A stretch of DNA of 64,000 bases from a virus: the IMG/VR virus record IMGVR_UViG_3300035665_003403, positions 32,001 to 96,000 of that record. One strand, given 5' to 3'. The notes beneath the pieces were generated by a model. It saw nothing but the letters and a program-made list of their open reading frames with translations. It made no database searches and was not told where the DNA came from. The position numbers were made by a program, and so were the translations under genes. Below are positions 48,316 to 58,848 of the stretch, piece after piece. Each line of letters opens with the position of its first letter. Within the stretch, counting starts at the first letter, position 1.

Positions 48316-48712
48316 AGAAACTGCAACACATAGCTTCACTGTATTTCCAAATGATTTAAATTATTTTGGGACACTATATGGTGGTACACTTATGTCACAC
48401 ATGGATTTAGCAGGTGTTCAAGTTGTTAGACGAGCAACTTATGGTACTGGTGCTGATGGTTGTGTAACTGCATCAGTGGATAAGATTGACTTTCATAGAC
48501 CAGCATTCTTAGGTGATTTAATTGTGTTGGTTGCCACCATAAAAACAATTGGTAAGTCATCTATCCAAGTACAAATTAAGGTTACTAGAGAAAGTACAAT
48601 TGGTGAAACAGAAGAGATTTGTACAGCCAACTTTACTTTTGTAACAATGAAAGATAAAAAACCATTTAAACATAATTTAACATTTGAAAAATTAACCAAT
48701 GGAGAACTTTGA
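48308..48712 (+). CDS. Hot-dog fold acyl-CoA thioesterase (YciA-like)
   Basis: VFPNDLNYFGTLYGG.LM..MD.A; VTASVDKIDF..P...GD; GKSSI. Confidence 0.9.
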   Translation: MNKETATHSFTVFPNDLNYFGTLYGGTLMSHMDLAGVQVVRRATYGTGADGCVTASVDKIDFHRPAFLGDLIVLVATIKTIGKSSIQVQIKVTRESTIGETEEICTANFTFVTMKDKKPFKHNLTFEKLTNGEL

Positions 48713-48872
48713 AAGGAAAACATTTGAAGAGTTATATGAAAACTATATTCATGACAGAACTTATTTCACTCCAACAATGGATGATATAATTAAATTAAAT
48801 ATTGTTTTTGAAAACATAGACAAATTCACAGTACAACAAATATCAGATTTTTTTGAATCAAATGGAAAATAA
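48699..48872 (+). CDS. Small hypothetical protein (57 aa, absent from ORF track)
   Basis: MENFERKTFEELYENY...FFESNGK fills the gap and overlaps both neighbours. Confidence 0.55.
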   Translation: MENFERKTFEELYENYIHDRTYFTPTMDDIIKLNIVFENIDKFTVQQISDFFESNGK

Positions 48873-49170
48873 ATATTACAAACCACTTCCTAGTTATTTG
48901 ACAATAAAACCATCCCCAATTGAAGGGTTAGGTTTATTTGCAACAGAATTTATACCAAACGGTAAAGTTTTCGGGATAACCCATGTCAAAGATAAAAGAT
49001 TTCCAGATGGATATATTAGGACAGCCTTAGGGTCGTTTTTTAATCATAGTGAAAACCCCAATTGTAAATTAATTCATACTAGAGATTTTATCCTTATAGA
49101 ATCAATAATGGATATTCAACCATCTGAGGAAATTACTGCTCTATATTCTTTATACGACCCAACTAAATAA
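48862..49170 (+). CDS. SET-domain lysine methyltransferase-like protein
   Basis: SPIEGLGLFA, FNHSENPNC, EEITALY. Confidence 0.85.
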   Translation: MENKYYKPLPSYLTIKPSPIEGLGLFATEFIPNGKVFGITHVKDKRFPDGYIRTALGSFFNHSENPNCKLIHTRDFILIESIMDIQPSEEITALYSLYDPTK

Positions 49171-49173
49171 TTA

Positions 49174-49491
49174 ATGGAAATACAAGACATTATGAAAACC
49201 TTGGCAAAGAAATGGATTTCAACAACGATGGAGTATAATAAAACACAAGATTTGTGTTATGTTGATTTACAAACAATGGCAAAAAGCCACTTATATTTGT
49301 ATGAGGATGGTACGTTGCATGGTAGATACGACTATCAGAAAAAAATAGATTTAAGTAAGAGTGAAGATGAAATAATAACAGAACTATGTAATGAGTTCAA
49401 TAATGCATTACATGGTAGAAATTACTGTCAAGAAGCGTGGGCTGAGCTATGCCGTTCAAAAGGGGTGGTTCTTAAAATGTACGGAATGTAA
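49174..49491 (+). CDS. Hypothetical protein
   Basis: 105 aa ORF in the operon. Confidence 0.55.
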   Translation: MEIQDIMKTLAKKWISTTMEYNKTQDLCYVDLQTMAKSHLYLYEDGTLHGRYDYQKKIDLSKSEDEIITELCNEFNNALHGRNYCQEAWAELCRSKGVVLKMYGM

Positions 49492-49548
49492 CATTAATTT
49501 TATTGACTTATTTAATTAAAATGATTACATTTAACCAAATCAAAAAGT

Positions 49549-50640
49549 ATGATAAGCATTATATGTTCAACACAATATCCATTAGATGGGTTTAAAGAAG
49601 AAATAATAAAATCCTCTGGATTAAAAGATAAGGTAGAGTTCCTGGAATACATAAACAATGATGAATTTTCTTTGACTGAGATATATAATCGTGGTCTAAA
49701 AGAATCTAAGTATGATATCTGTGTGTTCTTGCATAATGATATCATCATGAATTCATCATCATGGGCTGGTAAGCTTCTAAAGCATTTTGAAAGAAACCCA
49801 GACTACGGAATCATTGGTGTAGCTGGAACTAAATACATGGCCCCAAGTGGTATGTGGTGGGAAGACACTAGAAAGATGTATGGAAGGGTTGGTCATATGC
49901 ATGAGGGTAAGACCTGGATTTCTAAATACAGTGATGATTTAGGGTCTTCAATTGAAGAGGTGTTGGTTGTTGATGGTGTATTCTTTGCTGTTCACAAAAA
50001 TAGAATCAAAAAAAACTTTGATGAATCATTCAAAGGGTTTCACTTTTATGATGTTGATTTTTCTTTCTCAAATTATTTAGCTGGTGTTAAGGTTGGTGTT
50101 ATTACCAACATTCGATTAACTCATAAGTCAATTGGTATGACCAATGAAAAATGGGATAAAAATAAAGCTCAGTTTGTTGATAAGTTCAACGATGAATTAC
50201 CCAAGTCAATCAAAAGAGTTCTGCGTAAGAATGAAAAACTAAAAGTCATCTTAGCTGTTCCATCAGAAAATACCGATAACGATTATTATCTATCATTAAT
50301 CAAGGCATATAAGAATGAATTATCATTTACAGCATATGGTCAGTTATCAACTGAATTGAGAAATGTGTGTAACAAGAATGGTATTAAGATTTATGATATA
50401 AAAGAACCACCTAATTTCAAAATGGGTGATGGTCAATGGGTTTTGAATACCGCTAATGGCCCTATTACTTCAGTAGTTAACACACTTTATAAAGTAAATG
50501 ATATGAGATATGATATCATACATATGAGTGATGAACTTCTTAAAGAACATGTTAATAAGTTATATCCAACAACACCAATTATAAGTGGTAAATTACCTAT
50601 CGAAGTAATCAAAGATGAATATTGTGAAGTTATTGAATAA
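49549..50640 (+). CDS. GT-A glycosyltransferase (Glyco_tranf_2_5-like)
   Basis: SLTEIYNRGL...VFLHND; GIIGVAG; VVDGVFFAV; FDE.FKGFHFYDVDFS. Confidence 0.8.
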   Translation: MISIICSTQYPLDGFKEEIIKSSGLKDKVEFLEYINNDEFSLTEIYNRGLKESKYDICVFLHNDIIMNSSSWAGKLLKHFERNPDYGIIGVAGTKYMAPSGMWWEDTRKMYGRVGHMHEGKTWISKYSDDLGSSIEEVLVVDGVFFAVHKNRIKKNFDESFKGFHFYDVDFSFSNYLAGVKVGVITNIRLTHKSIGMTNEKWDKNKAQFVDKFNDELPKSIKRVLRKNEKLKVILAVPSENTDNDYYLSLIKAYKNELSFTAYGQLSTELRNVCNKNGIKIYDIKEPPNFKMGDGQWVLNTANGPITSVVNTLYKVNDMRYDIIHMSDELLKEHVNKLYPTTPIISGKLPIEVIKDEYCEVIE

Positions 50641-50644
50641 ATTT

Positions 50645-51433
50645 ATGAGTTGGATTAAAAATAAAATATTTGGTTTGATGTTAGCCACAGCTAATGTTGA
50701 AAAAAAAACATTTTCACAAAATGTTGCATCAGTGGAACCAGAATCAACTCAAGAGGTTGGTAAGAATCAAATAAATGTCATAAACTCTTTGATGAATTCG
50801 GAAATAACTGAAGAAGTTAAGGATTTACGATGGAGATTTTATAAGACTGTTGGTGCCCAAATAAATTATGATTTAGGTAAAGTAGATTTAGGTAAGATTA
50901 AAGTAGATTCGTTTGACCCATATCCATTGGAGTTATTAATAAACGTTAAAACTTTATCAGATAAAGTTGGTGATGAATTTCCAACAGAAAATCTTAGTAA
51001 TCAAGAATTTAATAAAGGGTTGAATGTTGATTCGAATATTAATATCACCTATAATTCCATACCTAAATTTGATTTGACTAATTTTGTTAAAAAAATAATG
51101 GTAAGAAGAATTCATGATAAGTCTAAATTGATTGAATTACATATCCCAAAAGAAGGTAGGTCGGAAAATAGAACGACAAATTTCCTTATGAGTGAACTTA
51201 AAAAGTTAACAGAAAACCCTAGGTTCAGCAACATAACAGATGTTTCTAGTATTGAAGCTTTATTGGATATAAGATTCTTAGAAATGAAAATCGTCAAGTT
51301 TGATAAAATAGTTGAATTCAATGGTAATTTCGTTATAAAATTCATAGGAAGTATAAGTAAAGATGAGTCTATTGTTGAAAAATACAAGCAGATTGAATTG
51401 GAAGAAAGATATAATAATAAAGAGGCTAGATGA
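50645..51433 (+). CDS. Hypothetical protein
   Basis: ORF in the GT operon; alternative start at 50615. Confidence 0.55.
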   Translation: MSWIKNKIFGLMLATANVEKKTFSQNVASVEPESTQEVGKNQINVINSLMNSEITEEVKDLRWRFYKTVGAQINYDLGKVDLGKIKVDSFDPYPLELLINVKTLSDKVGDEFPTENLSNQEFNKGLNVDSNINITYNSIPKFDLTNFVKKIMVRRIHDKSKLIELHIPKEGRSENRTTNFLMSELKKLTENPRFSNITDVSSIEALLDIRFLEMKIVKFDKIVEFNGNFVIKFIGSISKDESIVEKYKQIELEERYNNKEAR

Positions 51434-52218
51434 GCAAGATAAAGATTTTAACTGGTTGGTCAAATAAGGGTGGGTCAACAACCGCATTTATTAGATTAAC
51501 AAATGCGTTAAATAAGCATGGGTTAGATGTTACATTATATGGTCCACACGATTACCATTTAGATAAATGTAAGTCAGATATTCTAAATAATTTTATTGCT
51601 GAACCAGATGATATTGTTATAGTTCACTTTTTAAGATTACCAGAAAGACCCAAGGTTAAAAAAGTAATCTTAGCGTGTCATGAAAAAGATTTATTCAAGG
51701 TTGGTGAAATTAGACAATTTTGGGATGTTGTAGTATTTTTAAATGAAAGACATAGAGAATACCATAAATCTTATACTAATAAGTTCACAATCATTCCTAA
51801 TTTAAAAGAAGTTATTCCAGTTAAATTAAGAGATGAAGATGGTGATTATATTGCTGGGATAATAGGGTCTTTTGATGAAAACAAACAAACTCATGTATCA
51901 ATACAACGAGCATTACATGATGGTTGTGATAAGGTTTATTTGTTTGGTGACCCAAACACTGAATATTTTAATTCAAAGATAAAACCCTTATTAAGTGATA
52001 AGGTTATTTTGAAAGGGTTTATGGAAAGCAAAGAAGATATGTATTCTTTGATAGATTGTGTTTATCATTCATCATTAAGTGAAGTTGCTTGTTTAGTCAA
52101 AGATGAATGTGAAGCCTTGGATATCCCATTTAATGGTAATCAAGCAACCTCCACCCCAGTTAGTCAACTATCAAATGATGAAGTAATAAATTTATGGGTT
52201 AAACTATTTGAATCATGA
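51430..52218 (+). CDS. GT-B (GT4-like) glycosyltransferase
   Basis: GWSNKGGSTTAF..L.N.L...G.DV; IGSFDENK; YHSSLSE. Confidence 0.7.
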   Translation: MSKIKILTGWSNKGGSTTAFIRLTNALNKHGLDVTLYGPHDYHLDKCKSDILNNFIAEPDDIVIVHFLRLPERPKVKKVILACHEKDLFKVGEIRQFWDVVVFLNERHREYHKSYTNKFTIIPNLKEVIPVKLRDEDGDYIAGIIGSFDENKQTHVSIQRALHDGCDKVYLFGDPNTEYFNSKIKPLLSDKVILKGFMESKEDMYSLIDCVYHSSLSEVACLVKDECEALDIPFNGNQATSTPVSQLSNDEVINLWVKLFES

Positions 52219-52712
52219 TAATAGGTGGTGGTGATATAGCTAAAGTATTAGTTGATAGAAATGACTTGACATTTTTTGCGTCTGGAGTTTCAAATAGTAA
52301 GTGTATTGATGATAATGAATTTATTAGAGAGGTAAATTTATTATTGGACGTTAAATGTAAACACTTAGTTTATTTTTCAACATTATCTATCTACGACAAA
52401 GATACTCCTTATACTAATCATAAATTATTTATGGAAGATTTGGTGAGACAATTTGATACATATACGATAATAAGACTCGGTAATATTACTTGGGGAGATA
52501 ACCCAAACACGATAATAAATTATTTTAAAAATAACGAGTGTACCGAATTAAAAAATGAGTACAAGTATCTTTGTTCATTAGATGAATTTAAATATTGGAT
52601 TTCAAAAATACCAAAATTTTCAACAGAAATGAATATAACAGGTAGTAGAATTCATACCTATGATTTATACCAACAAATAAAAACAAATTCGCCACGATGG
52701 TTAAACCAATAG
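52215..52712 (+). CDS. Short NAD-dependent epimerase/dehydratase-like protein
   Basis: IIGGGDIA, FFASGVSNS, VYFSTLSI, YTNHK (YxxxK). Confidence 0.7.
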   Translation: MIIGGGDIAKVLVDRNDLTFFASGVSNSKCIDDNEFIREVNLLLDVKCKHLVYFSTLSIYDKDTPYTNHKLFMEDLVRQFDTYTIIRLGNITWGDNPNTIINYFKNNECTELKNEYKYLCSLDEFKYWISKIPKFSTEMNITGSRIHTYDLYQQIKTNSPRWLNQ

Positions 52713-53440
52713 TTCATGCATTCTTTCTTTGTTATAATGAAGAAAATATATTACCACACTTAATAAAACACTATTCTTCATTCTGTGAAAAAATAGTCAT
52801 ACTAGATAATAACTCAACAGACAATAGTGTTGCAATAGCTGAGTCATTCGTTAATACTGAAGTTATTCCTTTTTCATCAAACAATGAATTTCATGATGGT
52901 ATCCATATTAATTTAAAAAATAACGTTTGGCGTTCAAGTGTAGGTGAGGCTGATTTTGTTATATTAGGTGATGCTGATGAGTTTTTATACCATGAAAATA
53001 TGGTTGATTTTTTAATTGAAGCTAAAAAAAATGGTATATCATTTTTCATACCAGAAGGTTACCACATGGTTGCTGATTTGGAGTTAGATTTAAAAAAAGA
53101 TGATAACATTTTAGATTTAATAAAATATGGTGTTAGAACACAAGTCCTAGATAAACCAATGATGTTTGATTGCAATAAGATAACAAACATAAATTATGGT
53201 TTTGGTTGTCACTCAGCTAACCCAGAGGGTAATATCCTAGTCTTACAAGACCCAAAACTAAAAATGTTACATTATAAATTTATTGGTATTAAGGATTACA
53301 TCTATAAAAATCAAATAAGACGTGAAAGATTGAGTCAATTTAATAAAAAAAACAATTTCGGTACTTATTATTTATTTGATGATAATGAACATACTATTGA
53401 CTATAAAAGATATTTTGATAAAAGAAGTAAAGTAATATGA
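52697..53440 (+). CDS. GT2-like glycosyltransferase
   Basis: CYNEE..LP, DNNSTDNS, DADEF. Confidence 0.8.
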   Translation: MVKPIVHAFFLCYNEENILPHLIKHYSSFCEKIVILDNNSTDNSVAIAESFVNTEVIPFSSNNEFHDGIHINLKNNVWRSSVGEADFVILGDADEFLYHENMVDFLIEAKKNGISFFIPEGYHMVADLELDLKKDDNILDLIKYGVRTQVLDKPMMFDCNKITNINYGFGCHSANPEGNILVLQDPKLKMLHYKFIGIKDYIYKNQIRRERLSQFNKKNNFGTYYLFDDNEHTIDYKRYFDKRSKVI

Positions 53441-54165
53441 AACTAATAATATTAACTGGTTTTTATAACGCAGAAAACTATATTGAAAGATGCTTAGCAT
53501 CGATAATGGCTCAATCACATTCCGATTTCACCTGCTACATAACTCACGATTTATCAACAGATAATTCTGTTAATTTGGTTAAAGAAATGATTGAAGGTGA
53601 TGATAGATTCATATTGGTACCCGATAACGATAAAAAATTATATCAAGCTGGTAATTTTGATACCGTTATTAGAAATAACCCAAACATTGATGATAATGAT
53701 GTTATTATTGAAGTGGATGGTGATGATGTATTACCACATTCAAATGTATTTTCGTATTTACATGATGTTTATCTAAACGATAATATTTGGATTACAAATG
53801 GTTCATTTAAGTACACCAATGGACAACCAGGGTTCTCTTCAAAACAAGTTATAGATGATAAATTAAGGTATGCTGAAATGACTTGTTCACATATTAGAAC
53901 CTGGCGAGCTTTTTTATGGAGAGCAATCAAAGAAGAAGACTTAAAAGATGAAAATGGTGATTATTGGCAATGGAGTGGTGATTTATGTTTCATGTTTCCT
54001 ATGTTAGAAATGGCCACTGATGAACACTATAGGTTTATTGATGAAACACTTTACCTATATAATGGTGATAACCCAATAAACGAACATAAAGTTGATATTG
54101 GTATGGTAATCAACCACGCTGAACGAATAAGAGCTAAAAACCCATACCAAAAATTAATTAGATGA
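53437..54165 (+). CDS. GT2 glycosyltransferase
   Basis: FYNAENYIERCL.S, DLSTDNS, VDGDD, D...MFPMLEM. Confidence 0.85.
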   Translation: MKLIILTGFYNAENYIERCLASIMAQSHSDFTCYITHDLSTDNSVNLVKEMIEGDDRFILVPDNDKKLYQAGNFDTVIRNNPNIDDNDVIIEVDGDDVLPHSNVFSYLHDVYLNDNIWITNGSFKYTNGQPGFSSKQVIDDKLRYAEMTCSHIRTWRAFLWRAIKEEDLKDENGDYWQWSGDLCFMFPMLEMATDEHYRFIDETLYLYNGDNPINEHKVDIGMVINHAERIRAKNPYQKLIR

Positions 54166-54929
54166 TATCATGTGAACTACAGGGTGGCTTATCTAATCAA
54201 TTATTTCAAATAGCCACAACACATGCGTTAGCTGAAACTAATAATGACATTGCTGGATTTGATTTAAACGCATGTTACACCCCAAATCAAGGTAACCCAT
54301 CAAAAAACTACACCAACAGCATCTTAAGTAAGATTAATCATGTTGACAACCCATATTATAGGGTAGCTTATAATGAACCATATTTTTCGTACAATGAAAT
54401 ACCATATGTTACTGACTTAAAACTACGTGGTTATTTTCAATCGTATAAATATTTCAAAGATATTGACGTGCATGATTTATTCCCATTCGATTTAGATACA
54501 AAGAATAAAATATTCAATTACTTAGAAAATAATTTTGGGGTTAACCCAGTAACTTCAGTTCATGTTAGAAGAGGTGATTACTTAAAAAATCCAGATTTTC
54601 ACACTAATTTACCTATAGAATATTATAAAGAAGCTATGGATATTATTGGTGATAGTTTCTTTATTTTCGTATCTGATGACATAAATTGGGTTAAAGAAAA
54701 CTTTGTTGGTGATAATATATTTTACTCACCATTTAATACTGATGTTGAAGACTTATTTCTAATGAGTCAATGTGATAACAATATAATTGCCAACAGTAGC
54801 TTTAGTTGGTGGGGTGCTTATTTAAATAAAAATATTGGCAATAAAGTCGTTTCACCAAAGAATTGGTTTGGTAAATTAGGACCAAAAGATACTCAAGATT
54901 TGATTCCAGATAATTGGATAACGATTTAA
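54162..54929 (+). CDS. GT11 alpha-1,2-fucosyltransferase-like protein
   Basis: GGLSNQLFQ, GYFQSYKYF, HVRRGDY, SDDINW, IIANSSFSWWGAYL. Confidence 0.9.
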   Translation: MISCELQGGLSNQLFQIATTHALAETNNDIAGFDLNACYTPNQGNPSKNYTNSILSKINHVDNPYYRVAYNEPYFSYNEIPYVTDLKLRGYFQSYKYFKDIDVHDLFPFDLDTKNKIFNYLENNFGVNPVTSVHVRRGDYLKNPDFHTNLPIEYYKEAMDIIGDSFFIFVSDDINWVKENFVGDNIFYSPFNTDVEDLFLMSQCDNNIIANSSFSWWGAYLNKNIGNKVVSPKNWFGKLGPKDTQDLIPDNWITI

Positions 54930-54980
54930 ATATTTACTTATTAAATTTTATTTAGTAAATTTATTTAAAACTAACAAATT

Positions 54981-55691
54981 ATGAATAAACCATTTTTTAC
55001 AATAGCTATACCGACTTATGAAATGGGTGATGTTGGTGTTAATTTTTTAGCGAATAGTTTTAATCTTATAAAAAAACAAACTTTTACCGATTTTGAAGTT
55101 GTTATTTCTGACCATTCAAAAAATGATGATATTAAAAATTTATGTGAAGAATATATTAATTTTTTTAAAATAAATTACATTAAAAACGAAAACAATCTAG
55201 GTTCATCATCTGCAAATTTGAATAATGCTATATTAAACGCTAAAGGACAAGTTATTAAAATTTTATTTCAAGATGACTTTTTTTTTGATGAATTTTCATT
55301 AGAAAATACCGCATCAAACTTTGATATTAAAGTAGATAAATGGTTAGTTAGTCGTTGTGAACACACATTTGATGGCTCAACATTTATTAGAGATTTTACA
55401 CCTAGATATAACGAAATGATTTATACTGGAAATAATACAATAAGTTCACCATCTGTTTTATCTATTTTAAATGATAACCCCATTTTATTTGATGAAAATT
55501 TAATAAACTTAATGGATTGTGAATATTATAAACGTTGTTATGATAAATTTGGTTTACCAAAAATTTTAGACAAAATAACAATTGTAAACAGAATGGGTGA
55601 ACACCAAATAACCAATTCAAAATTGACTGATGAGATAAGACAAAAAGAATTAAATTACGTAACAAAAAAAATATATGATAAAACTTCCTAA
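54981..55691 (+). CDS. GT2 glycosyltransferase
   Basis: TIAIPTYE, QTFTDFEVVISDHS, KILFQDD, ISSPS. Confidence 0.85.
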   Translation: MNKPFFTIAIPTYEMGDVGVNFLANSFNLIKKQTFTDFEVVISDHSKNDDIKNLCEEYINFFKINYIKNENNLGSSSANLNNAILNAKGQVIKILFQDDFFFDEFSLENTASNFDIKVDKWLVSRCEHTFDGSTFIRDFTPRYNEMIYTGNNTISSPSVLSILNDNPILFDENLINLMDCEYYKRCYDKFGLPKILDKITIVNRMGEHQITNSKLTDEIRQKELNYVTKKIYDKTS

Positions 55692-56298
55692 TGTAACTTT
55701 GGTATCTGTTAGTTCTGTTAAAATTACTGAAACTATCGAAGCCATTAATAAATCTATGGAAAATATTGAATTTTACGATACAATATTAATAAGCCATGAA
55801 AAACCAAATTATTTACCTAATAATATTAATTTTATTCAATGCGCTAAAATAAATAATATTGACGAGTATAGTAAATTTATGCTTTTTGATTTGACTAATC
55901 ACATAAAATCAGATTTTGTTTTAGTCGTTCAATATGATGGTTATGTATTAAGACCAAATAAATGGTCTAATGAATTTTTTAAATACGATTACATAGGTGC
56001 CCCTTGGCCAAAAAATGTTCATTATAATGGTGATTTAAATATTAGAGTAGGTAATGGTGGGTTTAGTTTTAGAAGTAAAAAGTTATTAGATGTTATGAAT
56101 ACCAATAACTTACCATTTACCGATAATGGAACTGGGTTTTTTAATGAGGATGGTGTTATTTGTAATTACCACAGAAAAACATTAGAAAATATCGGGATAA
56201 AATTTGCAACACCAGAAATAGCTTCTATGTTTAGTTATGAATCACAATGTGATGAAAGTGTACAAGAACCTTTTGGTTTTCATAAATATAAAAAATAA
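55675..56298 (+). CDS. DUF5672-type putative glycosyltransferase
   Basis: VQYDGYV, YDYIGAPW, VGNGGFSFRSKK, FGFH. Confidence 0.8.
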   Translation: MIKLPNVTLVSVSSVKITETIEAINKSMENIEFYDTILISHEKPNYLPNNINFIQCAKINNIDEYSKFMLFDLTNHIKSDFVLVVQYDGYVLRPNKWSNEFFKYDYIGAPWPKNVHYNGDLNIRVGNGGFSFRSKKLLDVMNTNNLPFTDNGTGFFNEDGVICNYHRKTLENIGIKFATPEIASMFSYESQCDESVQEPFGFHKYKK

Positions 56299-56303
56299 AT
56301 AAT

Positions 56304-56924
56304 ATGAATAAATTAGAAATTAAAAAATTAATAAATAAAGAAAACCCCATGATTTTTGAAATAGGTTGTGCGGATGGTGGTGATACATTAGAATTCATAA
56401 ATACATTTAACGATTTAGAAATCTATTGTTTTGAACCAGAACCAAAAAATATAAAACTAGTCAAAGAAAAAATTAATTATCCAAAACATCATTTATTTGA
56501 AGGTGTTATTTCGGATGTTAATGGTGAACTAATATTTAATCGTTCCAGAACTGATAACCCAAATGACTTATCTTATTCTGGTAGTATTAAAAAACCAAAA
56601 GAACATTTAAACGAATGGTCTTTTATTAAATTTGATGAGCAAATTACCGTTAAATCAATTACTTTAGATAAATTTTGTGAAGATAAAAAAATAAACTTAA
56701 TTGATTTTATTTGGGCTGACGTACAAGGGGCTGAGGAAAATTTAATAATTGGTGGGTTAAATACATTAAACAGAAATGTTAGATATTTTTACACTGAATA
56801 TTCTAATAAAGAATATTATGAAGGTCAATTAAAATTAGAATCTTTATTAAAATTAATGGGTAATAATTGGGAATTAATAAAAGATTTTGGTTCTGATGTT
56901 TTGTTAAAAAATAAAACTTTATGA
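56304..56924 (+). CDS. FkbM-family methyltransferase
   Basis: FEIGCADG, FEPEP, ITLDKF, IWADVQGAE. Confidence 0.88.
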   Translation: MNKLEIKKLINKENPMIFEIGCADGGDTLEFINTFNDLEIYCFEPEPKNIKLVKEKINYPKHHLFEGVISDVNGELIFNRSRTDNPNDLSYSGSIKKPKEHLNEWSFIKFDEQITVKSITLDKFCEDKKINLIDFIWADVQGAEENLIIGGLNTLNRNVRYFYTEYSNKEYYEGQLKLESLLKLMGNNWELIKDFGSDVLLKNKTL

Positions 56925-57910
56925 TACACATTTTTACTTATGCACATAAAAGACCAGATTTTATAAAAATACAATATGAATCCATTAAAAAATATGTTAT
57001 AGGGGAATACGAATATGTGGTGTTTAATAATGCAATTGATTCAATGCAACAACATAATGACATAAAAAAAATATGTGATGAACTAAATATTAAATGCGTT
57101 GATATCATTATCGACAATGACATTACATCTAAATTAATTATGGGTCATATATATAACAACACCTATAGTAATGCAAATGTAGGTACTTCTTACCCTATTA
57201 TGTATACATTTAAAAATTATTTAACCAGCGAATCAAAAATTTGTATAATAGATTCAGACATGTTTTTCATTAATAATATTAATTTTAATGAAGTAATGAA
57301 AAACAAAGACGCATTATATATACCTCAATATAGGGATAATAATAATTTAAAATATATGTGGAATGCGTTTGTATGTTTAAATTTTGAACGAAACGAATTA
57401 TTGAAAAATTTAGATTGGAATTGTGATTATGTTGGTAATATCGGTTTAGATGTTGGTGGTAAAACCAGACATTTTTTGGTTGAAAATAAATTAGATATTT
57501 CAATAATGGAAGAATATAGTATTTATGATTACATAGATGACGGCTCAACCAAAAAAATACATTTTATATTAAACGGTAATATAAATTATAATTTAGTTTT
57601 AGACCAAAATAATAATTTATTATCATTTACACACATAGGTGGTGATAAACTTTTTGATAATAAATCATTTCCACACGAACCAGAATTTTCAAATTATTCG
57701 TCATATATACTAAACAAAACACTTAAAATATTAGAAATTTTCGATAATTATGGTGTCAATTTACCTAACCCAAAACACATAGGATTTATTGGTTTTATGG
57801 GTAGTGATGATTATTTTATAATTCATTATAAATCTGGTTCAAACTATTTAGGGTTCAGCACTAACGAATACAATATTAAAAAAACAAACGAAATAAAAAA
57901 AATATTATGA
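56921..57910 (+). CDS. Putative GT-A glycosyltransferase
   Basis: RPDFIKIQ, IIDSDMFF (DxD), DVGG, HYKSGSNY. Confidence 0.55.
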   Translation: MIHIFTYAHKRPDFIKIQYESIKKYVIGEYEYVVFNNAIDSMQQHNDIKKICDELNIKCVDIIIDNDITSKLIMGHIYNNTYSNANVGTSYPIMYTFKNYLTSESKICIIDSDMFFINNINFNEVMKNKDALYIPQYRDNNNLKYMWNAFVCLNFERNELLKNLDWNCDYVGNIGLDVGGKTRHFLVENKLDISIMEEYSIYDYIDDGSTKKIHFILNGNINYNLVLDQNNNLLSFTHIGGDKLFDNKSFPHEPEFSNYSSYILNKTLKILEIFDNYGVNLPNPKHIGFIGFMGSDDYFIIHYKSGSNYLGFSTNEYNIKKTNEIKKIL

Positions 57911-58848
57911 TAGTAACAGAATTATATAATGGTCAAGGATTAGGAAATCAATTATGGTGTTACGTTGTTACTAGGTTAATTGCTGACACTAATGGTTATG
58001 ATTTTGGTATAATGTCTTTAGATAAATTTAAAGGTAAAGAATTTATGGATTTAGATTTTGGTAAAACGGTTACAGGTGGTTCTGGCCCAGAAGGTGGCCC
58101 ACCAACAACTTTACCAGATGGAATATTAAATTACTATAAAGAGAATCTAGTAAGACATCCATTTAGCGGTTTAGATATTTCACCTAAAGATAACTTATTA
58201 TTAACAATTTCAGATGACACAAAAGTTGATGGAACTATGCAATCTTTTGAGTATGTTAAAAATTATAAAGATAAAATAGTTGGGTATTTAAAAATAAAAA
58301 AAGATAAACAAATTTTAGATTATAGTTATGATAACATTTGTGTTATACATATTAGGGGTGGTGATTTTAAAAATAGTTCGGCAATGTTATATTCTAATTA
58401 TTATACCAATGCAATGAATTATTTTAAAATGAAAAATAATGATATGGTATTTTATATTGTAACAGATGATTTTAATACAGCTAAACAAATATTACCAAAC
58501 GTTGAAATAATAGGTTCTTCTACAACTAATTATACTGATTCTAATAAAGCCAATCACCATTTAGGCGGTCCAATTTGGATTGATTATTCAATATTAAACA
58601 ACGCAAAAAATATAATTATATCAGCATCAAGCTTTAGTTGGTGGCCAGTATGGACAAACCGTAATAACCCTAATGTTATAGCACCAAAATATTGGGCGGC
58701 ACATAAAACTAATGCTGGATATTGGTCTTGTGGTGAGTCATTAGTTGAAGGGTGGAATTATTTGGATACTGAGGGTAAACTATTTACACACGATGAATGT
58801 TTATTAGAATATAACAAATATAAAAAAGAAAATGAATATGGATATTAA
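57907..58848 (+). CDS. Second GT11-like fucosyltransferase
   Basis: GQGLGNQLW, HIRGGDF, VTDD, SASSFSWWP. Confidence 0.8.
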   Translation: MIVTELYNGQGLGNQLWCYVVTRLIADTNGYDFGIMSLDKFKGKEFMDLDFGKTVTGGSGPEGGPPTTLPDGILNYYKENLVRHPFSGLDISPKDNLLLTISDDTKVDGTMQSFEYVKNYKDKIVGYLKIKKDKQILDYSYDNICVIHIRGGDFKNSSAMLYSNYYTNAMNYFKMKNNDMVFYIVTDDFNTAKQILPNVEIIGSSTTNYTDSNKANHHLGGPIWIDYSILNNAKNIIISASSFSWWPVWTNRNNPNVIAPKYWAAHKTNAGYWSCGESLVEGWNYLDTEGKLFTHDECLLEYNKYKKENEYGY

